Of a stretch of DNA of 64,000 nucleotides, positions 47,390 to 63,260 are shown in pieces. The notes below the pieces were generated by a model, which worked only from the letters and a program-made list of their open reading frames with translations, was not told where the DNA came from and did no database searches. A program made the position numbers and the translations under genes. The stretch is from positions 120,776,001 to 120,840,000 of the forward strand of contig OZ038378.1 of the NCBI GenBank assembly GCA_964036045.1, read 5' to 3'. This DNA comes from Eutreptiella sp. 'Long Island Sound 2002'. Taxonomy: Eukaryota > Protista > Euglenida. Position 1 is the stretch's first letter, and the number at the start of each line of letters is the position of its first letter.

Positions 47390-47491
47390 AATGCCCCGCC
47401 ACTCCTCAAAGAGAAGCTTCCCCGGCTACCATCGCCAGCCGTGGCCAATCACAGGGTGCCGATGCTGGACCCCACTCACAGAGCGCCGGGT
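47390..47491 (+). repeat. 102-bp CCAAT-containing dispersed repeat (partner at 14788-14889)
   Basis: ~88% ungapped identity by manual count. Confidence 0.85.
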
Positions 47492-47559
47492 CCCCCCCCC
47501 ACCGCAGGATTAGCCCGGTTAGCCCCCCACCCCACCCCATAGGTCACATGGAAGGTCAC

Positions 47560-48629
47560 TTGGCGGGCCGGCGCCAGCTCACTTGGTGGTGGCGCAGCCC
47601 GATTAGCCCGGTTAGCCGGATTAGCCCCCGTGCCCCCCAAGGCCCCCTTTCGCGAGTTGCGACACACATGTTACCCCTCCTCAAGGGGGGGGGGGGGTTG
47701 CCGGGGTGCATCTTTGCTCCGGGCGCCCCCCTTCTCACCCCCCGTGTCCCCTTCCGTCTCACCCCCCTTGTCAATCCCCACCTCACCCCCCTTCTCACAC
47801 CCCTCCCCCTTGTCGCCACCCTCCTCCCCCTCGTCATCCCCATCATCCCCGTCGTCTCCGTCGTCTCGCTCCCTCAAGGCCTCCCAGAGGTGGGCCTCCG
47901 CTTCCTCCCGGGTGCAGAAGAGGAGCTCCCCCAGCACCCGGAAGCTGCCCCCCTCTTTCTCCTGCTTCCTCCTCTTCCCTTTCTTTCCCCGCTCCCCATT
48001 AGACCCCTGCGACACTACCCAACAGTCCCGCAGGTCCAACTCCTCATCCCCATCCCCCACCGCCGTCACTTGGCTAACGGTCCCCCCATTGCCCCCCTCC
48101 CTCCAAGGGACATACCGGGTGTCCCCCACACCTGCCAGATTCCCATAGGGTTCCCGGCCCCTATTCTCCAGGGGAGGGGCTTGGGGTTCCGGGGGGTGCT
48201 TAGCCTTGCCCTTGCCCTTAGCCTTGTGCTTGGCCTTGGGTTTGGTCTGGGCTTCGGGTGGGGGGGGGGGGGCTCTTCGTCGCTACTCTCGAACTCGCGG
48301 GGCTTCTTCTTGGGGGCCTTGGGCGGGGTTGGGGTTTGGGGGTTTTGGCGTGGGGTATCCTCTCCACGCTGGTGCGGCTCCTCTTGCTGCTGCTGCTGCC
48401 GGTATCCCCTCCCCCCTCCTCCACCCTCACTCAACCCTTGCGCCGCAATTCCATGCTTCCCCCCCCCGACTCCTGCCCGCCTCCCACCTACCCCACCCGT
48501 GTAGCACTGAGAGGGCCGAATGGGGGTCATTCCCCACCATCCGGCCCAACTTAGTGACCCCCCACGAGGTGCGTCCGGCCTCCGCCATCGCGCCACTCCA
48601 CCGGCACCCCGCGGGGGTCGGCTCCACAC
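47560..48629 (-). pseudogene. Frameshifted accessory ORF (Pro/Lys-rich, small beta-rich segment, acidic Gly/Asp/Glu tail)
   Basis: PKAPKKKPREFESSDEE..(fs)..GDTRYVPWREG..DLRDCWVVS..LLFCTREEAEAHLWEALRERDDGDD. Confidence 0.4.
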
Positions 48630-48789
48630 GTCTGCACGCTCAAAACCTCAGAACAGAAACAAGAGGTAGGTGTGTTCTAGGTGCGTTCTAGGCAAAAGTT
48701 CGAGCGATGTTCTAGCGAAGATCTAGCGGCGACGGTGGGTAGATCAAAGCTAGAACGGTTCGCTAGATCAACGCTAGAACACAATGAAC

Positions 48790-50085
48790 ATACCGTGCCT
48801 TGCCGGTCAAGGGCAGGGGGGATGGCCCCTAGGGCTTTGGCGAAGGCCTCCGGGGGGTTGGTGGGGTTAGGCTGCGGGGGGGCCTCCAGTTGCGGGGATT
48901 GCGGGGGGCTTGGGCTTGGACTTGGGGCGGGAGAGACGATGCCGTGCACCAATCCGGCATACGCCCCCTGTTTGCCCGCCGCCGGGTCGAACCCACCCAT
49001 CTTCATGATCGCCCACCACGTCGGCGACCACATCCATGTCCTCCCCGCAAACTCCATCCCCCCCAGTGCCTGCGCCTGCCAACACATCGCCAGTTGCTCG
49101 CCCCCCCCTCCTTTTTCACCTCGGGGGTGAAGTGGTTGAGTTGGGCCAACTCAAACATCTTCACCCCCCACTTCCGCCCGGGCAACTCCCGCTGCCACCA
49201 CCACCACCCTGGGACCCCCCCCACCCGCAGGGGCTTGTCCTGGTGGACCCCCCCTCCGGGTCCACCCATACCCACCTCCCGTGCCCCAAAATTCTTTGAT
49301 GCACCCGCCGCATCAAAAAATGGAGAATCGAAACCAAACTCTCCGGGGGAAGAGGAGGGGGTGGTCCAAGTTTGGGCCCTAGGTGCCAGCCAAGACGGCC
49401 TGGTCCCATGGCACGTCCTGGATGGCCTCCGCCTCCCTCGTCCCCAAAAAACCCCCCAGCCACTGCCCTGCCCCCACAGCTTTCTCCTCCACCACCTTCT
49501 CCTCCACCTCCTATTTCAATGTCTCCTCCACCATCTCCTCCACCTCGACCTCTAGCACCTCATCCTCCACCACCTCCTTCACCTTTGCCTCCATCGCCAC
49601 GATCCCCTCCAGCCTCCTGACGCTCCTCTCCAGTTGGAGGATGTCCTTCTCCTTTTCCTTCAGCTTCTCCTTCTCCCTCGCCTTCCCGAGCCAAGCGACG
49701 GCCCAAGTCTCCTGCTGTGCATCCGCTTGGGCGCGCAACGCTTCCACCTTGGCCTCCAACCCACCACCCTCACCTCCGCCTTGGCCTTCGCCCCCTTTTG
49801 CGCCGCAATGAAACAGGAGAGAATTGGCAGCTCTTCACGCAGCTCCTCCCGCTCCGCATCCTCCGCCTTGATAATTTCTTGGCGGCCAACGGGTGAGAGG
49901 GTGGCAACGGGGGATGTTGGGCTTGGGTTTGGTGCTTCGGCTTGGGCTTGGGCTTGGCGAGAGGCGGTAGCTTGGGCTTGGCGTGGGCCGCGGGCTTGGG
50001 CTTGGTCTCGGCCTCGGCCTGGGGCTTGGCCTCGGCCTGCTGGCGCATCTCCTCGGCCAACAACTGCGCGGTATGGCGTTGCCAA
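48790..50085 (-). pseudogene. Frameshifted accessory ORF with coiled coil
   Basis: EIIKAEDAEREELREEL..EAKVEALRAQADAQQETW..KEKEKDILQLERSVRRLEG. Confidence 0.45.
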
Positions 50086-50459
50086 AACAAAGAGCGTAGC
50101 AGCGTTCTAGCGGCGTTCTAGGCAACCGTTCTAGTGGCGTTCTAGCGACGTTCTAGCGACTGATCATGCATCCTCGATCAACGCTAGAACGCTTCCCTAG
50201 ATCATTGCGCCAACGCACGATTAAATTCCCCTTCCAACATATGCTCGATCAAATCCTCCTGGGCGGTTATGTTGCTGATGCGGAAGAGTCTTTTCAAGGG
50301 AAGCCTGCATGTGGCCTTGGCCCCTCCTTACCACCATGGCATCCCTGCCCGAGCATGGCACTTAGGACCGGGGCCCCCCGTGCACAACCCATGACACTTT
50401 GAAGTCTGCAAACAGCCATGCCATGCACTGTGCTTGCACACCGGCCTCCCTGTGGATGC

Positions 50460-51330
50460 CTAACCACTTATGACCTGATACCTCGTCCACCGCCTCCACC
50501 CGATAGCCCCCCCCCCCCCCGGATTGCTATGCTCGTTATCACCATGTTTCAGAAAGCGGTTGATGCTTTCTGAAATGTCACCCGAGAACATGGCCAACCC
50601 GAATGGCTTAATGTTGTGCATCATGGCATCTACATCATGCTCCAGGCTCAATAGATACCATGATGCCGTATCAGCAGTACAGTGCCGCCCGAAATCCCTT
50701 GCCACGGCGGCACGATTCCATGGGTTAGGGCCCTCATATGTACAATAGAGGGCCTCTAGCAGGTCCCACAAGTGTGCGATGGCCTTGTACTGCGCCGTGC
50801 TTGGCCTAATGCCGAGGCACCTAGCAATATCCGGCCATGCCTCAACAAAATTGGCCGTTTCTTCCCCGTTCGGGGAAGCTGACCCATAAACGCTCCAACT
50901 TGCACGCCTCTCCGACAGGAGAACTTGCACGTCTTGACGGAGCGGAGGGGTAACCTCCTAGCCTCCCGGTCGACAAACTCCCCCAACAAGCGGCCTATGG
51001 CCATTGTCAAGTGCAAAATGTACAAGACGACCCAGGCACGTGACAATTGCAAAATCCGCTGTGTACTGCAGCAAGCGGCTTGCAAAAAAGGCGTCCCAAG
51101 GAGGAAGGCCGTCTACTGGGCCTCATTACCCCCCATGGTCCGCGGGATGGCACTACCCTCCCAAGTTTTCTTTTGGGCATTCCATATCCCGCATGGAACA
51201 TGGAGTCCACTTGGGGGTATATGGACACGCCGATCACCCTTCGTATCCACAATTGATCCCCCCCTCGAGGAACACCGTTGCCTCATCCTCCGAGGCCCCC
51301 CATTAGACAAGCTCTGTGCCAATGAGCTCT
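50460..51330 (-). mobile_element. Degenerate DDE transposase, paralog of copy 1 (copy 2; D1 region not seen)
   Basis: IWNAQKKTW..PRTM, RAWVVLYILHLTMAIGR, SPNGEETANFVEAW and HNIKPFGLAMFSGDISESINRFLK align colinearly with copy 1 (MWVNGKRW..RSL, VVLCILNLLMCTGK, PGGEETWNLL, KNIKPWPLAMFFGDVVESMN). Confidence 0.72.
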
Positions 51331-51479
51331 TGAATCACCTAATCACGAGACATGGGGGGTTGTTCATTTCGTTGTAGTCTAGTCTCGCCTACCTTCTAGC
51401 GACGGGTGTCCGAGGCTGACTAGATCAAAACTAGAACGAGTGAAAGGCAATAGGTGAGAGGAGTACCTCCCAACTGCTC

Positions 51480-54400
51480 TTCTGCATCTAGAGAAACCGG
51501 TGTCGTGCCCTTCTGACCTTTCTAGCCCGTTCTATGGCCGATTTAGTGGTCAAAGATGGCCATTTTTAGGCTGCTTTGGAGGCACCTTTCAGGACGATCG
51601 TCCTAAAGGTTTAGGACGATCGCCAGTCTGTCAAGAAGGTGTGTGAAATGAAGTAAAAACATCTACTAGCCAGCTCAGTCCTCGTCGTGAGTCCTGATTA
51701 CGGAGCTGGGTTTACCCTGTCGAGGTTTTACACCCCTTCTTAGGGTCCAAGGGTGAGCAACACATTTTAGCATCAGCAAGCACCAGCAACAGCACCAAGC
51801 AGCAGCATCAGCAGCAACAAGCGATTAAAAAGGCCTTGCGACGACACCGTGGCTCCAGAGCGGCATTGAAGTAGCTCAAAACGACCGGGGAGCAAACCTG
51901 CATCACCAGAAACAAGTTTCGTGCCGTGTCGAGCCGTCTTATGCCAAGCCTTATTCAAGACCCGTGTGCATCCCTTTGATAGCCCATTCGCAATGAAAGA
52001 CGAATGGCCCTTATGGAAAACGCCCACTTGACACACCGGCGATCACCCTGAACTCTCGGGGAGATCGTCTTGAAAACCGCCCCAAAACGGCAATTAATGA
52101 ACGATAAAACGGCTGTAGAACAGGCTAGACGGCTCAAAAGAATACAACACTTGTTGCAAGTGATGCGCATTTCCTCTGCTGTCGTTTTGAGCTCCTTGGA
52201 TGCCGGTTTTGGACACACAATGCCGTCGAAAGGAGTTTTCGTGTGTCCGCTGCATGCTGCTTGATGCTTGCTACTGCTGCTTGCTAAAATGTGTTGCTCA
52301 TCCTTGGGCCCTGAAGAGGGGTGTAAAGCCTCGATAGGGTAAACCCAGCTCGGTGATCAAGATGCAAATCAGGACCGAGATGGGTCCTAGTTTTGCGTAA
52401 CACATTGGAAATCACCGTCCAAGAAAGACCGCTTGATTTGAAGATGTGCTTCCATGGTTAGGACATTTTTCCTAAAACGCGGCTCTAAAACAGCTCATTT
52501 TCAGATCAAAAGGAACCACGGTGTGGCCTCAGGGCATGGTACGCTAATTTGCATTCCTTTTATAGCCCAATCGCTATGCAAGAAGAATGGCCCTTATGGA
52601 AAACGTCCATTTGACACACCGGCGATTGTCCTCAACTTTCAAGGTGATCGTCCTGAAAACAGCCCCAAACGGGCCCTTGTTGGACACTAAAACAGTCGTA
52701 GAACATGCTAGACGGCTCAAAATAACACAAAATCTGTTGCAAGTGATGCGCACTTGCTGCACGGTCCTTTTCAGCTACTTGCAACCCCGGTTTTGAGCAA
52801 CAATGCCGTCGAAAGGAGTTTCTTGCGTTTGCTGCTGCCTGCGGCTTGCTGCTGCTTGCGGCTCGCTGCCCCTTGCTGTTACTTGCTAAAATGTGTGGTC
52901 CACCTTTGGACCCTAGGAAGGGGTGTAAAACCTCGACCGGGTGAACCCAGCTCGGTAATCAAGACTCAAACTAGGACCGAGCTGAATCCTAGTCTTGCGT
53001 AACACATTGGAAATCGCCGCGGAAGAAAGGCCGCTTGCTTTGCACATGTGCTGCCACGGTTAGGACGATTTTATTGAATCCCGCCTCAACAACAGCTCCT
53101 TTTCACCGCAAAATGGACCACGGTGTGGCATCATGGCATGGTACATGCCTTATTGGTCACCGATTTGCATTCTTTAGATACCCCAATCGCTATGGAAGAA
53201 CAACGGCCCTCATTGCAAACACCCACTTGACACACCGGCGATCGTCCGGAACTTTTACGACGATGGTCCTGGAAACAGCCCAAAAACGGCCATTTTTGTA
53301 CACAAAATCGGCCATACAACAGGCTACACGCCTCGAAACGGCACAAAACTTGTTTCTGGTGATGAGCCTTCGCTCCCCGGTCGCTGTGAGGTACTTGGAT
53401 GCCGGTTTTGAGCCACGTCGTTACAAGGTGTTTTGGACTGCCTGTTGTTGAACTAGTCTTTTTTCCACGGGGGTTTCCAATGCCTTACACAAGACTAGGA
53501 CCTAGCTCGGTCCTAGTTTGAGTCTTGATTACTGAGCTAGGTTTACCCTGTCGAGGTTTTACACCCCTTCTTAGGGTCCAAGGATGAGCTACACATTTTA
53601 GCAAGTAGCATCAGCAACAGGAGCAAGCAGCAATGTCTTGCAAATGTGCTTCCACGCTTGGGACGATCGTCCTCAAACACGCCTTTAAAACTGCTCATTT
53701 TCACGTGGAAACGGACCATCGTGTGGCACCGCGGCATGGCACATTCCTGATTGAACACACATTTGCCATCTTTTGGTCGCCCAATTGCTATGAAAGAACC
53801 ACCGCCCTGATGGGAAACACCTACTCAGCACAGCGGCGATCGTCCTGAAGACAATCGTCGTTTCAAGACAATAGTCCTGAAAAGAGCCCCAAAAAGGCCA
53901 TTTTTGGATACTAAATCGGCCATAGAACAGGCGAGACGGCCCGCAACGGCACAAAACTTGTTTGTGGTGATGCGCATCCGCTCCCCGGTCTTTTTAAGGT
54001 ATTTGGATGCCGGTATTGAGCCACGGTGTCGTCGCGTCCTAGTCTTGTGTAACGCGTTGGGAATGACCGTGGAAGAAAGCCCACTTGCTTTGCAGATGTG
54101 CTTCCACACTCAGGACAATCGTCGTGAAACACGGCTTTAAAACAGCCCAGTTTCACCTCAAAATGGACCACCGCGTGGCGCCATGGCATGGTACATTCCT
54201 GATTGCACACCCATTTGTCATCATTTGATAGACCAATCGTTGTGAAAGAACAACGGGCCTCATCGGAAACACCTACTCGGCACATCGGCGATCGTCCTGA
54301 ACTTTCGGGACAATCCTCCTGAAAACAGCCCCAAAAGGGCCATTTTTGGACTCCAAATCGGCCATAGAACGGGCTAGACTGCTTCAAACGGCACAACATG

Positions 54401-56350
54401 TGTTCTTGGTGATGCCTCTTTGACCCTCGGTCATTTTGAGCTACTTGGATGCCGGTTTTGAGCCACAACGTCGTCGCAAGGACTTTTGGACCGCTTGGTG
54501 CAGCTACTGCTCCTGCTTGTCGTTGCTGCTTGCTGCTTGCGGCTGCTTGCTGGTTGCTAAAATGTGTTGCTCATCCTTGGAACCTAAGAAGGGGTGTAAA
54601 ACCTCGACAGAGTAAACCCAGCTCGGTAATCAAGACTCACGACTAGGACCGGGCTGGCGCCTAGTTTTGGTTAATCTGTTTGAAATCACGGTGCAGTAAA
54701 GCCCGCTTGCTTTGCCAATGTTCCTCCATGGTCAGGACGATCGTCCTAAAACATGGCTCACAAACGGCTTGTTTTCACCTCCAAATTGCCCACCCCATGG
54801 CACCACGGCATGGCACATGCCTTATTCCCCACCCATTTGCATTCTTTTGATGGCCCAATCGCCATGGAAGAGCAACGGCCCTCATTGGAAACACCTACGC
54901 GGCGGACCAACGATCATGCTGAGTTTTCAGCACGATCATCCGGAAAAGTGCCCCAAAACGGCCATTTTTGGACACTAAATCGGCCATAAAACGGGCTAGA
55001 TGGCTCGAAATGGCACATCTATTTGTGGTGATACAGTTTTGCTCTCTGGTCATTTTGAGCTATTTGTATGCCGGTTTTGAGCCACGGTGTCGTTGCAAGG
55101 CTATTTTACTCGCTGCTGCTGCTGCTTGCTTCTGCTGCTTGCTAAAATGTGTTGCTCACCCTTGGACCCTAAGAAGGGGTGTAAAACCGGGTGAATCCAC
55201 CTCGGTAATCAAGACTCACGACTAGCACCGAGCTGGGTCCTAGTCTTGCGTAACGCATTGGAAAACGCCGCGGAAGAAAGGCCGCTTGCTTTTCAGACGT
55301 GCTGCCACAGCTAGGACGAATTTCCTTAATCGCCGCTCAAAAACGGCTCATTTTCACGTCAAAATGTATGACGGTGGCGCATCACGGCATGGTACATGCT
55401 TTATTGAACACGGATTTGCATTCCTGAGATAGCCCAATCGCTATGGAAGAACAACGGCCCTCATTGCAAACGCCCACTTGACACACCAGCGATCGTCCGG
55501 AACTTTGAGGACGATGGTCCTCGAAACAACCGAAAAACGGCCATCTTTGGACACTAAACCGGCTATAGAACGGGCAGGACGGCCCGAAACGGCACGAAAC
55601 TTGTTTGTGGTGATGCGCATTCGCTCCCTAGTCGTTTTGAGGTATTTTGATGCCGGTTTGAGCCACGGTGTCGGCGGAACGACTTTTGGACCCCCTTTTG
55701 CTGCCGTTGTTTGCTGCTGCTGCTAGCTAAAATGTGTTGCTCATCCTTGGACCCTAAGAGGGGGTGCAAACCTCGACAGGGTAAACCCAGCTCGGTAATC
55801 AAGACTCAAACTAGGATCAGCTGGGTCCTAGTCTTGTGCAACACATAGGGAATCACTGTGGAAGAAAGACCACTTGCTTTGCAGATGTGCTTCCACGCTC
55901 AGGACAATCTTCCTGAAACACGCCTTTACAACAACTCATTTTCACCTCAACATGGACCACCCCGTGGCACCATGGCATAGTACATGCCCCATTGCACACC
56001 CATTTATCATCATTTGATAGCCCAATGGCTATGGAAGACCAACGGCCCTCATCAGAAACACCTACTCGGCACACCCTCGAGCGTTGTGACCTTTCAAGAC
56101 GTCCTGAAAACAACCCCAAAACAGCCATTTTTTGACACTACTTCGGCCATAGAATGGGATAGACGGCTCGAAACGGCACGACACCTGTTTGTGGTGATGT
56201 GTGTTTGCCCCCCGGTCATTTTGAGGTATTTGGATGCCGCTTTTGAGCCACGGTGTCGTCGCAAGGACTTTTGGACCGCCTGTTGCTGCTTGCTGCTGCT
56301 GCTTACTGCTTGCTGTTTGTTGCTTGTTGCTGCTGCTTGCGGAACAAAGC
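51480..56350. repeat. ~585-600-bp macrosatellite, ~8 units, mixed orientation, each unit with a (CTG/CTT)n tract
   Basis: Forward anchors GCTAAAATGTG at 52283, 52885, 54556, 55141 and 55726. Reverse anchors at ~51764 and ~53586. Confidence 0.9.
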
Positions 56351-56489
56351 ATTGAAGTATGGTCAAGGAGCACGGATATGAGCTTTTTACAAGTTGCACT
56401 GTTTTGAAAAGGGGCATGTTAGAGTACGCAAGTGGGCTTTCCCTTGCTGCTGAACAAAGTATTGGCTCGGTCAACAAGCATGGATATGT

Positions 56490-56964
56490 TACTACACCCC
56501 TCTCCCCTTAAATCTAGCTAACAAGCAAGCGACAACAAGCAACAAGCAACAAGCACTTCTCCTCACCGTTTTGGCCATTGCTCCGCCTCATCACTCCGAG
56601 CTCTACTCTACTCTAGCCATCTTGGAGCCCAGGTGGTGCCCTTGCCAAATCCAAGTTTATAGCCAAAAACTCAGCGGTGGCGGCCCGGGGCGGGGGTGCC
56701 AAGTCGGGAGGTGCCCTCCCAAATTTGCGCAGTTTTGGGCCAAAAACACCCATTTTTCGCCCAAAACACCCCCAAAGCCCGGGCGAAACGCCCAAACGAA
56801 GGGATACGGTGAGTACACTACACGTGCGGCTTGACTTCACCGTGTCAAAGAGCTCTCTAGTGCCCTTCAATTCCACGATATGTCCGAGAAACGGCCCAAA
56901 AAGGCGCCAAAAAGCCCCAAAAACCTGCGCAATGTGCACCAGCACCCCGAAACCAAGCACAGGC
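56490..56964 (+). mobile_element. TA-associated element copy A (5' part, runs into gap)
   Basis: Starts TACTACACCCCTCTCCCCTTAAAT, followed by an (AACAAGC)n tract and the conserved core. Confidence 0.75.
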
Positions 56965-57164
56965 NNNNNNNNNNNNNNNNNNNNNNNNNNNNNNNNNNNN
57001 NNNNNNNNNNNNNNNNNNNNNNNNNNNNNNNNNNNNNNNNNNNNNNNNNNNNNNNNNNNNNNNNNNNNNNNNNNNNNNNNNNNNNNNNNNNNNNNNNNNN
57101 NNNNNNNNNNNNNNNNNNNNNNNNNNNNNNNNNNNNNNNNNNNNNNNNNNNNNNNNNNNNNNNN
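56965..57164. other. Assembly gap (200 N)
   Basis: Direct read. Confidence 1.
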
Positions 57165-57867
57165 CCCAAGTGGTGTAGGAACAACTTTGGAAAAAATGAT
57201 TTTTTTCGCCCCGGGGACCCTGGTGGACCCACCGTTGGCCCCCACTGTGCGTGGGCTGGCCGGCCCTCCGGCTGCACCAAGTGACCACTGGTACGGGGGT
57301 CTACGTGTCTCGTTGGGCGATTCTGAGGCTTGGAAACCATAAAAAGTGGGGGGTTGCGGGTGGACTAGGTGCCCTCGGAATTCGTTTTTGAGCCACGTAG
57401 CCCAAGATACGGCCCGTTCTTGGTTTCGGGGTGCTAGTGCACATTGCGCAGATTTTGGGGCTTTTTGGCGCCTTTTTGGGCCGTTTCTCGGACATATCGT
57501 GGAGTTAGAGGGTAACAAAGGTCCCTTGGTCACGAGAAAGTCAAGCTGCACGTGCAGTGTAGCAGCCGTTTGCCTTCGTTTGGCTGTTTTGAACCCGTAC
57601 TAGGGCCGTTTTGGGCGAAAAATGGCTGTTTTTGGCCCAAAACTGCGCAGATTTGGGAGGGCACCTCCCGACTTGGCGCCAGTGCCCCGGGCCGCCACCG
57701 GTCAGTTTCTGGCTCAAAACTTTGATTTGGCAAGGGCACCACCTAGGCTCCAAGATGGCTACATGGGCAAAAGATCCGAAGCGTTGGGACGGAGCAATGG
57801 CCAAAACGGCACGGAGACGTGTTGTTGTTGTTGCTTGTTAGCTAAATTTAAGGGGAGAGGGGTGTAG

Positions 57868-57869
<2 letters not shown>
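57165..57869 (-). mobile_element. TA-associated element copy B (5' part)
   Basis: Ends AAATTTAAGGGGAGAGGGGTGTAGTA, followed by (TA)n at 57870-57909. Confidence 0.8.
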
Positions 57870-61950
<4,081 letters not shown>

Positions 61951-62599
61951 ATAGTCATAGTCATAGTCATAACCACTTATCATGCCGTCTACTGGAGTTA
62001 CCGGGCATCTCGCGCCGACAGGTGGTTCCTGCCTCGCTCGATCCCGTGGGTCCCAGGGCTGCGTGAGGTGGCCCACAGCATGACGGAGGACCCAGAGGAC
62101 CGGGGATACCGGTCGACCAGGCTTTGGGGGCAGTGGCGACCGCAAAGCGTTAGCATTAGCAACGGCGACGGACGCTAGCCCGTTTGTTCGCCGGGGGTAA
62201 GGGGGCAAGGCACAGCAATGCAGCAGCATCGCAACAAGTAGAAAGCAAAGCCTTCTCCGTCCGGCGCAAAGCGGCAACCAAGGCACAAAGCAGCACGCAT
62301 GCGGCGAAGCAAGAGCGGACTCTCCGTTATTCGCGTACCCCCGCCACCGTGGAGACGTCCAGTACCCGTGACCCCACGTAATTCACTGTCAGTTGCGTAC
62401 TCGTAAATACCCACCACCCCTGACTCCTCATATCCCACTGCCAGCACGCAATAACCCTTTTATGCACAGCCAGGATTTCTGGGAGGCTCCAGCCTAGCCT
62501 GGCCCTCAGCCTTCATCGCCCCCGTGTCCCCACAATGTACGCCGCCAACCCACCGCATTAGTCCCCTAGTATAGTACAGAAACACGGTATCAACTCCAC

Positions 62600-63260
62600 G
62601 TCCCCGTGGCCCTGAGCAGCACCTACACCCCAGATACATATACTGTGCCGGCACTCCTTGTCAGGGGCCAGAACCCAATCAGCTTCAAAGCATCCTCTTG
62701 CCCACGTATAATATAACCTTGGTCTACGGGGGGGGACGCTGGCCGCTACGCGACGGGAGTGGCACAACCCGTGAATATCGCTGGCCGGGATTCGGGCTGC
62801 TGGGTGCCGTAGCTTGATTATCGACCCCCTGCAGGGGTACCCACCAGAGGCTCGCCCCGGGCTGTGGTAACCAGGTGCACCTCATCTGGCCCACATACAT
62901 TGCCCTGGCGCCTACCCTTGACCCTTACCTGCACTGATTGGCCAACTCCCGTGGTTGCGCCTCTTCCGCCACAGCAGCGGCCAGGCCGCAGGTTCGGCCC
63001 CCACCGACGACGTGGCGAGCCTACTTATAGCATTGGCCCGCGCGTCACCCCCCGGACCACTCAGCATGCTGCTCCTCCCCGCCTCTAGCCGACCGGACTG
63101 GCGCCCCCCAAGGGTAAGTCGTTACTAATGGTGAGGCGACCGCATACTCTTCGCTACGACGCCGCGCAGTACCGCTGTAGCCACGCCGATGCCACTTGCG
63201 AGCCGCCACCACACGCACCACCGCAACCGCAAGGCCATGGTCAGAGGTTAGATTATGTAC
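62600..63260 (-). pseudogene. Heavily decayed non-LTR reverse-transcriptase remnant
   Basis: Ordered motif echoes: GIGVATAVLRGVVAKSMR, RQSG..AGRS, GDARANA, KGRRQG..GP, LAPDK and QYMYLG. Confidence 0.35.

Larger units (their letters stand above)
46670..51445 (-). mobile_element. ~4.8-kb multi-ORF transposon-like block embedded in the macrosatellite
   Basis: Satellite lies on both sides. Three minus-strand ORF remnants, including a DDE transposase, are separated by CTAG-site clusters. The ends are not defined by clear TIRs or a target duplication. Confidence 0.55.

Noticed and set aside
47548-48504. 318-aa plus-strand ORF
   Set aside because: It is the antisense shadow of the GC-rich minus-strand accessory ORF and is low complexity.
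46668-51410. Transib-type CAC terminus (CACGCTAGAAG) paired with CTTCTAGCG
   Set aside because: Only a 9-bp match that is part of the internal CTAG motif family. There is no matching GTG end and no 5-bp target duplication.
53305-53410. 5S rRNA-like words CGGCCATAC and GTACTTGGATG in the ~590-bp repeat, raising the idea of a 5S/spliced-leader tandem unit
   Set aside because: The spacing is 82 nt versus 69 in 5S, the intervening sequence does not match, and other units lose the words. No spliced-leader sequence was recognised.
56613-57551. ORFs spanning the N gap
   Set aside because: They are artefacts of reading through Ns within non-coding repeat copies.
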